Source: the human T2T-CHM13v2.0 reference genome, Homo sapiens
Length of the DNA: 64,000 nt
Assembly (NCBI RefSeq): GCF_009914755.1
Contig: NC_060932.1
Reading direction: 5' to 3' (one strand)
The number at the start of each line of letters is the position of its first letter. Within the stretch, counting starts at the first letter, position 1. This document shows positions 63,931-64,000 of the stretch, one piece after another. Both the position numbers and the translations under genes were made by a program. Under the pieces are notes generated by a model. The model was not told the origin of the DNA. It worked only from the letters and a program-made list of their open reading frames with translations, and made no database searches.

Positions 63931-64000
63931 GTTAAACTAAGCTTGCACTACTGGAGTAAATCCAACTTGGTATTAATGTGCAATCACTTTATACAAATAA

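Overview
AT-rich, repeat-dense ape genomic DNA, most likely human, judging from AluY/AluYe-like, AluS and AluJ elements, L1PA/L1PB/L1M, MaLR LTRs, Tigger/MER DNA transposons, MIR and L2. No intact protein-coding gene is visible, and the supplied ORFs are mostly repeat-derived or spurious. The main hidden signal is a decayed, intron-containing gene on the + strand. At least three exon remnants (about 14064-14330, 16865-17096 and 20701-20891) encode heptad coiled-coil peptides. From recalled sequence they appear collinear with the PMFBP1/CCDC18 family, but they carry stops, frameshifts and a destroyed splice donor, so this is a candidate unitary pseudogene. The window also holds several readable rearrangement scars: a twin-primed inverted L1PA carrying a 3' transduction, an inverted ~200-bp templated insertion inside an Alu, a ~50-bp templated insertion inside an MST LTR, a 21-bp direct repeat flanking an orphan segment, a 28-bp perfect palindrome and several tandem duplications. 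Repeat subfamily calls and protein-family similarity come from remembered consensus sequences, not database searches, and boundaries of old repeats are approximate.
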